Source: an uncultured Alphaproteobacteria bacterium
GTDB lineage: Bacteria > Pseudomonadota > Alphaproteobacteria > Rhodobacterales > Rhodobacteraceae
Direction: 5' to 3'
DNA: 64,000 nucleotides
Assembly (NCBI GenBank): GCA_963714615.1
Contig: CAVQOV010000010.1
Coordinates: 440,106-504,105 of the forward strand
Shown here piece by piece: positions 51,271-62,699 of the stretch. The notes under the pieces were generated by a model, which was not told where the DNA came from, searched no databases, and saw only the letters and a program-made list of their open reading frames with translations. The stretch's first letter is position 1. Every line of letters starts with the position of its first letter. A program made the position numbers and the translations under genes.

Positions 51271-52827
51271 ATGAAACTTGCACTTTCAACACTTGCTGCG
51301 GGGCTGACGCTAGGCGCCACCTCTGCAATCGCTCAGGAAACCAAGAGCATCGACCAGACGGTCAATGAGATTTTCGCGAATGTGACGGGACCGTTCGTCA
51401 ACCTGATCTTCGCGCCGCTGCCATTCAATGTCGCCGGGGTCAGTTTTCCCTGGATCGTGATGTGGCTGGTGGTTGGTGCGAGCCTGTTCACGGTTTACTT
51501 CGGCTTCGTCCAGTTCCGGGCGTTCAAGCACTCGATTCAATTGGTGAGGGGTGATTATTCCGATCCTGATGACGCGGGCGAGGTCAGCCATTTCCAGGCG
51601 CTGGCAACGGCGCTTTCGGGCACGGTCGGCCTTGGCAACATCGCGGGCGTCGCGGTGGCGGTGGGTATCGGTGGACCCGGAGCGACCTTCTGGATGATCC
51701 TTGCGGGCCTCTTGGGCATGGCATCGAAATTCACCGAATGCACGTTGGGCGTCAAGTACCGCAACGAATATCCGGACGGCACCGTTTCGGGCGGACCGAT
51801 GTACTATATCTCGAAGGGCTTTGCCGAGCGCGGCGTTCCCGGCGGCAAGTTCCTGGCGGTGTTGTTTTCGATCTTCTGCATCCTCGGCGCGCTTGGCGGC
51901 GGCAACATGTTCCAGGCCAATCAGGCGCATGCCCAGATATCCGGCATTGTCGGCGATTATCCGGGCTGGATTACCGGGCTGCTGTTCGCGGCGGTCGTGT
52001 TCGCCGTGATCGTCGGCGGCATCAAGTCGATCGCGCGCGTCACCGAGAAGGTGGTGCCGTTCATGGGCATTCTCTACGTTGCGGCGTCGCTGATCATCAT
52101 CGCGGTCAATTATCATCAGATCGGCTGGGCGTTCGGGCAGATCTTTGCCGGCGCCTTCACCGGTCTGGGGGTAGCGGGTGGCATGGTGGGCGCGTTGATC
52201 CAGGGCTTCAAGCGGGCGGCGTTCTCGAACGAGGCCGGTGTTGGGTCCGCGGCCATCGCCCACTCGGCGGTGCGCACGAAAGAGCCGATCACCGAAGGCT
52301 TCGTCTCACTTCTGGAGCCGTTCATCGACACCGTCGTGATCTGCACGATGACAGCGATTGTCATCACGATCTCCGGGCAACTGATCGTAGACCCGGCAAC
52401 TGGCAACTACCTGACCGAGGGCGGCACGATCCAGACCATCGGCGGGGTATCGGGCGTCGGGCTGACCTCGGCGGCGTTCGCCACGGCGTTCAGCTGGTTC
52501 CCCTATGTTCTGGCGATTGCGGTGATCCTGTTCGCATTCTCGACGATGATATCGTGGTCATACTACGGGCTGAAGGCCTGGACCTACCTGTTCGGTGAAG
52601 GCAAGACGACGGAACTGGTGTTCAAGATCATGTTCTGCATTTTCGTCGTGATCGGTGCCGCGGCCAACCTTGGTCCGGTCATCGACTTCTCTGATGCGGC
52701 GATCTTTGCGATGGCGGTGGTGAACATCTCGGCGCTCTATGTGCTGATGCCGATCGTCAAGAAAGAACTGACTTCGTATCAGTCGCGCCTGAAGTCGGGC
52801 GAGATCCGCAAGTTCGTCCACGCCTGA
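51271..52827 (+). CDS. alanine/glycine:cation symporter (AGCS family) amino-acid carrier
   Basis: 518 aa intact; ...[35 protein letters not shown]... signature. Confidence 0.85.
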   Translation: MKLALSTLAAGLTLGATSAIAQETKSIDQTVNEIFANVTGPFVNLIFAPLPFNVAGVSFPWIVMWLVVGASLFTVYFGFVQFRAFKHSIQLVRGDYSDPDDAGEVSHFQALATALSGTVGLGNIAGVAVAVGIGGPGATFWMILAGLLGMASKFTECTLGVKYRNEYPDGTVSGGPMYYISKGFAERGVPGGKFLAVLFSIFCILGALGGGNMFQANQAHAQISGIVGDYPGWITGLLFAAVVFAVIVGGIKSIARVTEKVVPFMGILYVAASLIIIAVNYHQIGWAFGQIFAGAFTGLGVAGGMVGALIQGFKRAAFSNEAGVGSAAIAHSAVRTKEPITEGFVSLLEPFIDTVVICTMTAIVITISGQLIVDPATGNYLTEGGTIQTIGGVSGVGLTSAAFATAFSWFPYVLAIAVILFAFSTMISWSYYGLKAWTYLFGEGKTTELVFKIMFCIFVVIGAAANLGPVIDFSDAAIFAMAVVNISALYVLMPIVKKELTSYQSRLKSGEIRKFVHA

Positions 52828-52925
52828 CGGACGACACCAAAGACGAAAGGCCGGTCCGGGCAGTCCCCAGGCCGGCCTTTTATCTGCCGGGCGTCAGAGC
52901 GAGCGCGGGCGTCATTGCCGCACCG

Positions 52926-53985
52926 CTATGCCGTCAGTTTGCCGTCCGGAGGGCCGTTTTGCGGTCCGGACTGCGGCCCGGACGAGGCCCAGCCCTCCAT
53001 GTCGGTCACCAGCGTCACGCAGGCCCGGCCTTTGTGCTTGGAGGCATAGAGTGCCGCATCCGCATCGGCCAGCATCTGCTCTGCCACGGGGCTTGTGTAA
53101 AACGAGCTGATCGTGATGCCGACACTGCCCGATATCCGGCAGGTCCGGCCTTCGAAGGGCACAGGCTCTTCGAGCCGCTCGATGATGCGCGTGGCAATGC
53201 CGGTCAGGCGCTCGGGATCGATCTGACGGTCAAAGATCAGCACGAACTCATCGCCGCCAACGCGCGCAACGGTATCGGCATCGCGGGTTTCTTCGACCAG
53301 AATTTTGCGCCACGACCTGCAACACATGGTCGCCCGCGGCATGGCCGTAGCTGTCATTCACATCCTTGAAGTAGTCCAGATCCAGATGCATCAGCGCAAA
53401 TCGCGCGCCCGATCCGATCAGCCGCGCCAGCACGTGATCCATGGCGCGGCGGTTCTTCAGGCCCGTCAGCGTATCGGTAAAGGCCTGCTCTTCCGCGGCG
53501 ATCCGCGCGCCCTGCAAGCGCACATTCAGATTGCGCGACTCGTTCATCACGGCGGATTTCGCCTCGATCAGATACAGCATCTCGACCGTCAGGTCGGTCG
53601 GCGCGAAATCGGCGATGGTCAGTTGGTGGTCGCGCACGGCATCGGCCACCGCGATCCCGAACGACAGGTTCACCAGCAGCCCGCCGCCCGCCGCCAGCGG
53701 CACCGCGATCCCCTTGAATGTGGTCTGCGGCGCGGTGCGAAAGCGCAGGTGCAGCGGCGCATCTACCGCAGCGCGCAGATCGGCCATCGAGTGGATGTTG
53801 CGCGGCCGGCGCAGTTCCATCACCTCAAGAAACCGAACACCGGCCAGATCGGCACCGGGGCGAAGCTTGGCCAGCGTCGGGGCGGCGCGCACGATATGCC
53901 CGGTCTGCGACAGGGTCAGATGCATCGGCAGCAATCGGTCCAGATCGGCCGCCGGAAGCGATGTTATGTCAGGCTGTTTTGTCAT
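52926..53985 (-). pseudogene. H-NOX-associated diguanylate cyclase (N-terminal sensor domain + GGDEF); frameshift ~53300
   Basis: ORF 53248-54012 has the sensor domain and the start of GGDEF (...RFALMHLDLDYFKDVNDSYGHAAGDHVLQVVA...), ORF 52926-53357 the rest (...ARVGGDEFVLIF...); 1-nt spacing to the hnoX stop (TGACATG). Confidence 0.75.
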
Positions 53986-53986
53986 G

Positions 53987-54574
53987 TCAGGCCGCCGAGG
54001 TGCCCAGGGCAAACGATCGCCCTTGCGAAAATCCGATGTCCAGAACCTCTATCACGATCACCTCGACACCGGTATTTCCACCCCGATGATCCAGCAGCAC
54101 CAAGGCGCCGTAATCATCGGCCATCGCGCGCAGGATGCCGACAAGGACATGTCCGAAACCGGGCCGGTCAAAGCTGCAATCCAGGGTGAAACTCGTCGCG
54201 GCATGATCGCGTATCTCCAGCGTCGGCAGCACCAGTTCGGGGACCGCCAGCCGAATCCGGTCATGCAAATCGTCCAGCGAATGCAGGAAATCGACGAAGG
54301 TCTCGCCGCCAAAGCGCAGCAGCCGGCGCGCGCCGCCGAAGCCGGAATTCGAGATCAGGTAGGTGCCGATATCCTCCATCAGCACCTCGACCGGCTTGTC
54401 CAGCCGCACCGAGGTTGCGTGCAGAACGCGGCCGGTCAGATCGTCTTCGTAGATCAGCAGAGCCTCGAAATTGTCGAAATCAAGCGCTGCGCGTTCCACG
54501 ACCTCTGCCCAGATCGCAGGCCCATAAGTATCTTGCACAAAGCATTGGATCGAACGGTTGATCAGTCCGTGCAT
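53987..54574 (-). CDS. hnoX: H-NOX (heme nitric oxide/oxygen-binding) domain protein
   Basis: MHGLINRSIQCFVQDTYGPAIWAEV... N-terminus and candidate proximal-His region ...FVDFLHSLDDLHDRI...; ~195 aa, typical H-NOX size. Confidence 0.7.
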   Translation of the reverse strand: MHGLINRSIQCFVQDTYGPAIWAEVVERAALDFDNFEALLIYEDDLTGRVLHATSVRLDKPVEVLMEDIGTYLISNSGFGGARRLLRFGGETFVDFLHSLDDLHDRIRLAVPELVLPTLEIRDHAATSFTLDCSFDRPGFGHVLVGILRAMADDYGALVLLDHRGGNTGVEVIVIEVLDIGFSQGRSFALGTSAA

Positions 54575-54604
54575 CGCAGCCTTCCCTTCATCGCAAAGGT
54601 CAGG

Positions 54605-56393
54605 CTAGCGCGGCACTGTTAACAATCGGCAAATGTCAGGGCAACATGATGAAACTGGGTCTCTCCGAAGCGGATCGCGTTCACGCTGGAGGGTGCCAGA
54701 CTCGAACTCGCCGGCGAGGATCAGATCAAGGACGTCATCCGAACTGATCGAGACCTCCGGCCCTGTCAGCCGCACCGGCATGCCGTGATTGCGCCACTGG
54801 CCGGGCGCCGCCCGGCTCCACATTTCCAGACGCACCCAGCCGCCAGTTTGCTTGGTGGCCAACAAAACCTCAGTCGCCTTCGCGCGCCGGCAGGAAATCC
54901 GCCAGCAGCAGCGCGCAGCCGGGATTGCCCGCCGCCGTCCTGCGCCCGCAGGACTCGATCCACAGGCCCGGCGATCCGGCGTCGCCGAACACCTCTGCCG
55001 GAACCACGGCCCCTGCGGGGCGCACCGGCACCAGCGCCAGAAACTCGCGCATCCGGTCGGATCGCGGCCCGCTGAGCAACTGTTCATAGCTATAAAAGTC
55101 AGTGGCCTTTTCCAGCGCTGCAAGCTGCTCGGCGACCACGGCCTGCCCCGCGCCCTCGACCTTGGCGAAGAGCGGCGCCGTGATGCTGCCCGCAATCCCC
55201 CAGGTCTTGCCGATGGTCCAAAGGTCAAGATCCTCGCGCTTGGTCTGGCCTGCCTGATACCGGGCCAGCTGATCGTTCGCCGAGATCCGTTGCGGGTTCA
55301 TCACCGGCGTCAGCCAAAGCGCTGCCACCGCCACGACGACCAGCGCCATCCAGGTGTTGAAACGGCGGATGTCCGACATCCAGCCGCGTCGCCGCGCGAC
55401 CGCAATGACATAGAGCAGCGCATACCCCAGCACGAGCGCGGCGATCGTTGCTGCCGCCAGCCGGTCCGGCGACCAGCCGTGCTGGTTGACCCGTTCGCGG
55501 ATCGCATAGAGCGCCAGCCCCGCCAGAACCGGCAGGGTCAGCGCCAGTGCCTGACTTGCCAGCCGCATGAACGGCATCGTAACGGCCTCGTCATCGGACT
55601 GATCGATCGCGGTGCTGACCAGAGTGATCCCGCCAACCGCCATCGCCAGCAGAATTCCCGCCGCCGACAGCCCCCCGAACAGGCCGGAAAGCCCGCGCAC
55701 CGGCACCATCACCACAAAGATCGCGACCACCAGCAGATACCAAAGGCAGCAGCAGGCGTAGCAGCCGCAGGATCAGATAGGGTGACACATACTCCGACAG
55801 CTCGTTCACGACCGCGAGTGCCAGCCCAAGCACCAGACCCGACAGCACATAGGGCACCGGCGCGATATCCAGCAGGTCGTCAAGGATCTCGAGCCCGATG
55901 ATGCCGAAAAGCTCATTCGAGAGCAGCAGCACTGCCCAGAAAAGCCCCATGAACAGCCATGCCGCGACATAGCGCACGACGATGTTCCAGGACTGGTTGA
56001 AGAGTTCCGGATAGTCGCGCCAGTTCCCGACCGGCCCAAGTGCTGCGATCAGGAATGGCACGGGCAGAGCGACGCCAGAACCACGAAAGCGACCAGCGGA
56101 TGACCGGATTCAAGAAAATCCTCGACGTTTTCGAACCGGAAACTGGCCCACAGGAACAGCAGCGACGGCAGCACCGACACCGCCAGCCCGACCAGAACCG
56201 CACGCCCCGCCGACAGCGGGCCCGAGGCCGCCAGCAAGGCGGCAAAGAACGCGCCGAACAGCGTGGCCAGAAACATCACGATACGGTCGTTCTGAATCTC
56301 GTCGGGCAGCACGTCGGCCAGCACCCAAAGCGCAAGCCCGGCGACCGCCCCCATCGCGGCCATCCGTGCCCGATCTGTTGACGTGCTGCTCAT
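54605..56393 (-). pseudogene. large membrane protein of unknown function (N-terminal polytopic domain ~12 TM + C-terminal soluble region; DUF4153-like, tentative); at least 3 frame changes
   Basis: Four contiguous minus-strand fragments (56049-56393, 55591-56061, 54870-55730, 54605-55228) read as one hydrophobic protein. Confidence 0.5.
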
Positions 56394-56481
56394 AGCTGCG
56401 AAACCCATGCGCCTTGCCCCTGCTTTTTCGCAAAGGTTAGCGCCAAGCGCGCCGGTGCGCCACTCCTTGCGGGCAGGGCGC

Positions 56482-58045
56482 TCAGAAATCCGTCGGCGCG
56501 CCGCCCTCGGCCTTGCGGCGGGCCACGAAATCGGCCAGTTCCTCGCGGATCGCATCATCCATCGCGGGCGGCTCGAAGCTGGCGATGATCTCCTTGAACA
56601 TCCGGTGCGCCCGCTCTGGCGTCCAGAGCGCCGCCCGACAACTCCCAGGCCTCGTAGTTGCGCCAGTCGCTCAGGAACGGCTGGTAGAACGCCTCTTCAT
56701 AGCGATCCTGAGTGTGCTGGATGCCGAAGAAATGGCCAGTCGTGACCAACCTCGTTGATCGCATCGATGCGCGATATCGTCCGGGCCGGTCGCATAGGTC
56801 GCGGGTTCGAAATAGCGCTGGATCTGCTGCAATATCTCGCAATCCATGATGAATTTCTCGGGGCTCGCGATCAGCCCGCCCTCCAGCCAGCCGGCCGCGT
56901 GATAGACCATGTTGGTGCCCGACTGGACCGCCGCCCAAAGCGAATTCGAGGTCTCCCACATCGCCTGCCCGTCCGGCACGTTCGCCGCGCACACGCCCGA
57001 GGATCGCAGCGGCAGCCCGTAGAACCGCGCCAACTGCCCGGTCATCTGCGTGGCGCGCATGTATTCCGGCGTACCAAAGGCCGGCGCACCGGATTTCATG
57101 TCGACGTTCGAGGTGAACGTGCCAAAGGCGCAAGGCGCGCCCGGCCGCATCCACTGCGCCATCGCGATCGTGCAAAGCCCCTCGGCGATCGACTGCGCCA
57201 CCGCGCCCGCCATCGTCACCGGCGCCATCGCGCCGGCCAGCGTGAACGGCGTCACAACCGTCGCCTGCCCGCGCTTCACGCAGCGCATGTAGCCATCCAG
57301 CATCGGCGTGTCGTGCTTCAGGGGCGAGGTCGAGTTGATGTTGGTGTACATCCGCGGCGTCGCCTCGAACTCTTCATGGCTCAGGCCGCCCGCGATGCGC
57401 ACCATCTCCATCACGTCCTCGACCCGTTCGCTGCCCAGCGAGTAGGCATGCGCCACCTTGTCGGTCAGCGTCAGCTTGTCATAAAGCACGTCAAGGTGGC
57501 GCACCGAGGCATGCACGTCGACCGGTTCGACCGGATAGCCGCCCGCGACATGGATGCAGTTGAAATATTGCGTCAGCTTCAGCAGGTTCGCGCAATGCTC
57601 GCGGGTGCCCGGCATCTTGCCGGTCTCCAGATCCCAGTAGTTCGGCGGCGAGGAGACGTTGACGAACACCATATGCTTGCCGCCGATGGTGATCTTGCGG
57701 TCAGGGTTGCGCGGCGTGATTGTGAATTCCGACGGCGCGCGCGCCAGCATCTCCATCACGAAATCGCGGCCCATCCGGACATTCGTGCCATTCGACGGTG
57801 CAGCCCGCATCCTTGCAGGATCGCCAAGGCTTTCGTCATTCAGGAACTCGATGCCGATCTCTTCCAGAATCCGCATTGCCCCGTCATGGATCGCGTGCAC
57901 ACCCGTCTTCGTCCAGCGGCTCGGTCGGGCGGTCGGTATTGACCGGCATCCGCCACGGCATCTGCTCGATCACATTGGGGCTGGACCGCCGGACATTGCC
58001 CGAGCGCCCGCCCGAGCGTTTTCTGCGATGTGCATCATCGGTCAT
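56482..58045 (-). pseudogene. MttB-superfamily methyltransferase (trimethylamine/glycine-betaine methyltransferase-like, non-pyrrolysine); at least 3 frame changes
   Basis: 409-aa core ORF 56671-57900 (...VTPFTLAGAMAPVTMAGAVAQS...) with N-terminal (from MTDDAHRRKR at 58045) and C-terminal (...HFFGIQHTQDRYEEAFYQPFLSDWRNYEAWE...APTDF*) extensions in other frames. Confidence 0.7.
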
Positions 58046-58148
58046 GAGTGGTCTCCCTGTTCGCTGTCAGGGAACCCGAAACACCCGCCACATTCGGCAC
58101 GGAAAGCGACTGCGGATGTCGTTTTTCAGTGCCCGACCGCCGGAAGCG

Positions 58149-58847
58149 TCAGCCGCGGCCGGAAATCCACCCCGCCAGATGGCTGATATCGGGCAGAACG
58201 ACATCCGCATGGTCCCACAGATCCTTGGCAACGGCGACGCCGGTCAGAACCGCCACCGTCTGCATGCCCGCCTCGCGCCCGGCGTGCAGGTCGTGCAGAC
58301 TGTCGCCGACCATAACCACCTGGGCCGTGGGAACGCGACACGTCCGCGCGAAGGCTGTGCACATGCCGGGATCGGGCTTGGCGCCGTGGCCGCTGTCATA
58401 CCCGGCGATATAGTCGAACATGCCCTCGATCCCGAAATGCCGCAAATGGCTGCGCGCCGCCGCCTCGCTGTCATTGGTGGCAACACCCAAAAACAGATCC
58501 ATCGCCGCCAGTTGCGCCAGAAATGGCACCAGCGGCATGACCTCGACGGGCACCAGAGTGGCTGCGGTGCGATCCAGATGCACGACAAGATCCTCAAGCG
58601 TGGTTTCGGGCAGATAGGGCTGCATCAGCACCGCCACATCGCGCGAGGTGCCGGCAATGGCCGGACTTCCGGGCATGATCAGCCCGCCGCTCAGATCGAA
58701 CCCGATCGCATCGGCGATTTCATGCGCCAACTCTGGATCACCCTTGGCAAGGCGGTCGATCTCTTGCTGGATCCACCGGCTCCAGCTTTTCTGGAAATCG
58801 AACAGCGTGCCGTCCTTGTCGAACAAAACCGCTCTGACGCGCATCAA
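58149..58847 (-). CDS. HAD-family hydrolase
   Basis: Motif I AVLFDKDGTLFD, motif IV ...MVGDSLHDLHAGREAGM... Confidence 0.8.
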   Translation of the reverse strand: MMRVRAVLFDKDGTLFDFQKSWSRWIQQEIDRLAKGDPELAHEIADAIGFDLSGGLIMPGSPAIAGTSRDVAVLMQPYLPETTLEDLVVHLDRTAATLVPVEVMPLVPFLAQLAAMDLFLGVATNDSEAAARSHLRHFGIEGMFDYIAGYDSGHGAKPDPGMCTAFARTCRVPTAQVVMVGDSLHDLHAGREAGMQTVAVLTGVAVAKDLWDHADVVLPDISHLAGWISGRG

Positions 58848-58932
58848 TCCCCCCCCGTTGGTCTTTGCGCCCTCATGCCACAGCTTTGCGCGCGTTGACA
58901 GGGGGCCGCGGACTGGTTGACACAGTTAACCA

Positions 58933-59388
58933 TGAACAAGCCCGACCCTCTATCGCCTGCATCAGTCACTCGGCTACCAGTTGTCGGTTGCCGCACGGCT
59001 GCAGGAACGCCGCCTCGACGAGGGTTTGAAGGCGCTCGGGCTGACCCGGATCACATGGTGCGTGCTTCTGGCCGTTGGCAATGAAAACCTGATCCACCCG
59101 TCCGAGATTGCCGATTTCGTGGGCATCGACCGCACCGCCACCTCGCGCGCGCTGCGTCAGATGGAGGCGGCAGGCATGATCGCGCGCCAGACCGGCGCCG
59201 ATGATCGCCGGATGACCGCCGTGCACCTGACCGATCTGGGGCGCCGCCTGCTGCAACGCGGCACGCCGCTGGCGCAGGCCAACAATGCGATCATGGAAAA
59301 CCGCCTGAGCCCACAGGAAAGCGCGCAGTTGCGCCAGCTTCTGCGCCAGATGCGCGAAGGCGAGGACGTGGCCCTGCCGCGGCTCTAG
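58933..59388 (+). pseudogene. MarR-family transcriptional regulator; indel within the first ~10 codons
   Basis: ATG 58933 (MNKPDPL) is one frame away from the body ...YRLHQSLGYQLSVAARLQERRLDEGLKALGLTRITWCVLLAV...; ORF track starts at a TTG at 58981. Confidence 0.65.
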
Positions 59389-59392
59389 GCGC

Positions 59393-59680
59393 TCAGGTCC
59401 AGTTCACCTGCGCCCCGCCCGGCAGCGCCTGACGCGCCTGCATGATCTGATCGTATCGCAACTCCGAGCCGTCGCAAAACGCCACCACCCATTGATCGTC
59501 CATCATCAGAAAATCCAGCACCGAGCCCAGGAATTCCGGCTCTGCCAGCCGCGCCCGCAGATCGCTTTCCGAGGCGCCCGTCGCCCCCAGAAACACCGGC
59601 AACAGCTCGTCATTGCCCGCCAGCCAGGCGACGGCGCGAATGGCTATGGTTTCGGCGTATTCCTGCCGCATCTCGAACAC
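59393..59680 (-). CDS. small conserved hypothetical protein (DUF3572-like)
   Basis: 95 aa; positioned divergently from the PleD-like regulator as commonly seen in alphaproteobacteria. Confidence 0.45.
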   Translation of the reverse strand: MFEMRQEYAETIAIRAVAWLAGNDELLPVFLGATGASESDLRARLAEPEFLGSVLDFLMMDDQWVVAFCDGSELRYDQIMQARQALPGGAQVNWT

Positions 59681-59767
59681 GCTCCTTAATTCGGAAACCT
59701 CTTTTTAACCAATCTCAAAGATAAATGATCAAGACCAGTCACATTCGACTTAAACTAAAGGGGTTTC

Positions 59768-61163
59768 ATGACGGGGCGCATTCTGATCGCGGACGATGTT
59801 GCAACCAACCGCATCATCATGAAGGTCAAGCTGTCCGCGGCCTCTTACGGCGTGGTGCAGGCCGACAGCGGTGACGCCGTGCTTGCAGCGTTGACCGATG
59901 ACCTGCCGGATCTCATCATCCTGGATGTCGATCTGCCCGATATCGACGGCATCACGCTGTGCCGCAAGATCCGCGAGAACCCGGCGACCACCGACATTCC
60001 GGTGATCATCGTCTCGTCGCGCACCGATCCCGATACCCGCCTTGCCGCGCTGCGGGCCGGGCGCAGAGGAATTCCTGCCCAAGCCGCTGGATGAAATGAT
60101 CCTGCTGGCGCGCGTGCGCAATCTGATCCGGTCGCGGGCGCTGAGCGAGGAATTGAAGCTGCGCGAAGGCACCGCGATCAAACTGGGTTTTGCCGAGGCG
60201 CCCTCGGCGTTCACCCGCACCGAACGCGTTGTTCTGGTCGCCAAGCGCCCGGATATCGCGCTTGGCTGGCGCCGCGCCGATCGAAGGCGAAAGTCTCGGC
60301 CGAGGTCGAGGTCATGCCCTACGAGCAGCTTCTTGAAACGATTGGCAAATCGCGCCGCGGTCCCGATCTTCTGGTGATCCCGGCGGGGCTGAAATCGGGC
60401 GCAAGCGGGCTGATATCTGCTGGCGGAACTGCGCAGCCGCGCGCAGACCCGGCATTCCGCGATCCTGGTCGTGCATGAGGACGGCGACCTTTTCAGCGCC
60501 ATCGCAGCGCTTGATATGGGCGCCGACGATGTGCTGACCGCAACCTGCAGCGCCACCGAAATGGCGTTGCGCATCCGTCGCCAGCTTGACCGCAAGGCGC
60601 AGGCCGACCGGCTGCGCGCCACGGTCGAGGACGGGTTGAAACTGGCGATGACCGACCCGCTGACCGGGCTTTTCAACCGCCGCTACGCGCTGCCGCACCT
60701 GTCTCGGATCGCCGCGCGCGCGGTAGCCGATGATCGGCCGTTTGCCGTGATGGTGCTGGATATCGACCGCTTCAAGCTGGTCAACGATCGAACATGGCCA
60801 TTCCGCTGGCGATGCGGTGCTGCGCGAGGTCGCGCACCGCATCAAGGACAACCTGCGCAGCGTCGATCTGGTCGCCCGCTTCGGCGGCGAGGAATTTCTG
60901 GTCGCGATGCCCGATACCGATCTGGCCTCGGCCCGCATCACCGCCGAACGCTTGCGCGCGGTGATCGAAAACACCCCGGTCATGCTGCCCGGCGGCGCGG
61001 GTCAGGTGTCGGTCACGCTCAGTATCGGCGTCGCGATTGGCAGGCCTGCCCGATGAGGCCGCAGAGAACGTGGAAAAACTTGTCGATTGTGCCGACAAAG
61101 CATTGCTTTGGGCGAAATCCGGGGGCCGCAATCAGGTGAACGTTCGGCCAGACCGCCGCCTAG
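59768..61163 (+). pseudogene. pleD: PleD-like response regulator diguanylate cyclase (REC-REC-GGEEF); at least 5 frame changes
   Basis: REC1 MTGRILIADDVATNRIIMKV...DLIILDVDLPDIDGI...; REC2 and GGDEF (...MTDPLTGLFNRRY..., ...[14 protein letters not shown]..., ...LLWAKSGGRNQVNV) spread over five ORF fragments; probable TAG at 61161-61163 forms a CTAG shared with the convergent gene stop. Confidence 0.7.
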
Positions 61164-61660
61164 CCTCGCCAGCGACGTCGGTCGCGCGCGGCACGTCGCA
61201 GGTTGCGCTCCAGCCGGTCGGCAAAGGCCGCGCGCTCGTCGTCGCTCATCGCCTCGATCCGGTCCAGCAGCAGCGCTTGCCCGATCGCCTGACGTTCCTC
61301 CAACTTGGTCTGTCTGGCGTTCCACCAGCGCCGCCAGGCCCCGGCGTCGAACGGTTGGGCACGCAGCGCGGCCAGCATCTCGGCAAATTGCCGGCGAATA
61401 TCGTCGCGGTTGCTCTGCAAATCGCCCGCGTGACCGATCAGACCCCGCGCCAGCGCGTGCCTGTCGGACGGCGACAAAGCCTCGCCGAACGGCCCATAGC
61501 CCAGATCGCGCAGCGGCGGGTGATCGTCAAAACGGTCATGGCGCAGCATCGCGCCCGCGACCAGACCAACGACCAGCAGGTTCAGCGCCAGCGAGGCGAA
61601 AAGAACGATCCGGGTCCATGGCAGACCGCGCGATTTCGAAGGATCAGGCGATGTCAGTCA
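61160..61660 (-). CDS. periplasmic Spy/CpxP-like stress protein with N-terminal TM/signal segment; start region probably carries an indel
   Basis: ...WTRIVLFASLALNLLVVGLVAGAML then an arginine/glutamate-rich helical domain (...RRQFAEMLAALRAQ...ERQAIGQALLLDRIEAMSDDERAAFADRLERNLRR...); downstream of an ECF sigma/anti-sigma pair. Confidence 0.45.
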
Positions 61661-61715
61661 TGTTTATCCCTCAGCCAGTACAGACTGTCATAAGCCGGCC
61701 ATGAGATCGCCCAGA

Positions 61716-62064
61716 TCATAGCCGTTCCCGTCGCCAGAGCCCGTCGGCAACCCGCCAAACATATCCCGGCTGTGCATATCCGATCCAGATTCCGGCCACC
61801 GTCGCCGTGGCCAGACCCGCCATCGCCGGCCAGCCGCCGATGCCATCGACGAGCCCACCAAGCCAGCCGCGCGGCCCACCCGGCACAGTGCGCTGACCGG
61901 CCGATCGTTCCGCCAGCACCGCGTCGGCATCCGCCAGAACCCGCGCCAGCAGCGCCTCGGACGGCTCTGGCGCCGATGCGGCCGCAGCGGCCAACAGCTG
62001 GTCCAGCTCCGTTCTGCACGATCTGCTGTCCTAGTCTTCGTCATATCCCAACTCCTCGCGCCGT
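61716..62064 (-). CDS. small anti-sigma factor with C-terminal TM helix (frame change near the start)
   Basis: ATG 62064 (MTKTR...) then ...AELDQLLAAAAASAPEPSEALLARVLADADAVLAE...GWLGGLVDGIGGWPAMAGLATATVAGIWIGY; immediately downstream of the ECF sigma. Confidence 0.4.
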
Positions 62065-62618
62065 TCCGACCAAAGCAGCGGCCAGCGCCCGTTTTCCCCG
62101 CGCGGTCAGACTTTCGACCGCCTCGACGCTCATGTCCATCACCGCGGCGATCTCGGGGTTCGCCATGCCCTCGATATGGCGCAGCACCACCGCCTGCCGC
62201 TGCCGCTCGGGCAGGCCCTGCAACGCGTTGGCTCAGCGCCGCCTGCCGCTCGGCCTCTTCCAGTCCCCGCCTGCACGCTGGCCGCACCGTCCGGCGGTTC
62301 CGGGATCGCGTCGATATCCACCCAACGCCGGCGCCGCAACCGGTCGGTGCACAGATTGCTGACCACGCGGTAGAGCCACGTCGTGACCTTCGCCTCGCCC
62401 TGCCGCCACTCGGGCGCAATGCGCCATAGCCGCAGCATCGCCTCCTGCGCCACATCCTCGGCCTCGGCCCGGTCGCCCAGCATCCGCGCGGCATAGCCCA
62501 GAACCCGCGGCGTCAGACGCCGCGTCAACTCGAGCGCGGCATCGCGGTCGCCATTGCCGAAGGCGACCAGCAAGACCTCGTCGGATACGTCGCTCTGGGC
62601 GTCAAACGGCATCGTCAT
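62041..62618 (-). pseudogene. ECF (group IV sigma-70 family) RNA polymerase sigma factor; frameshift ~62230
   Basis: Region 2 ...DVAQEAMLRLWRIAPEWRQGEAKVTTWLYRVVSNLCTDRLRRRR... in ORF 62139-62759; region 4 ...LPERQRQAVVLRHIEGMANPEIAAVMDMSVEAVESLTARGKRAL... in ORF 62041-62223. Confidence 0.75.
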
Positions 62619-62699
62619 TGTCCAGTCTGGTATCCCGAATCGAGCACCCCGGCAATCAGGCGGGCGGCAGCAGGAACCTGCCGCCCGCCGATTGGTCTT

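Noticed and set aside
56755-57942. 395-aa plus-strand ORF
   Set aside because: Antisense to the MttB-family methyltransferase gene.
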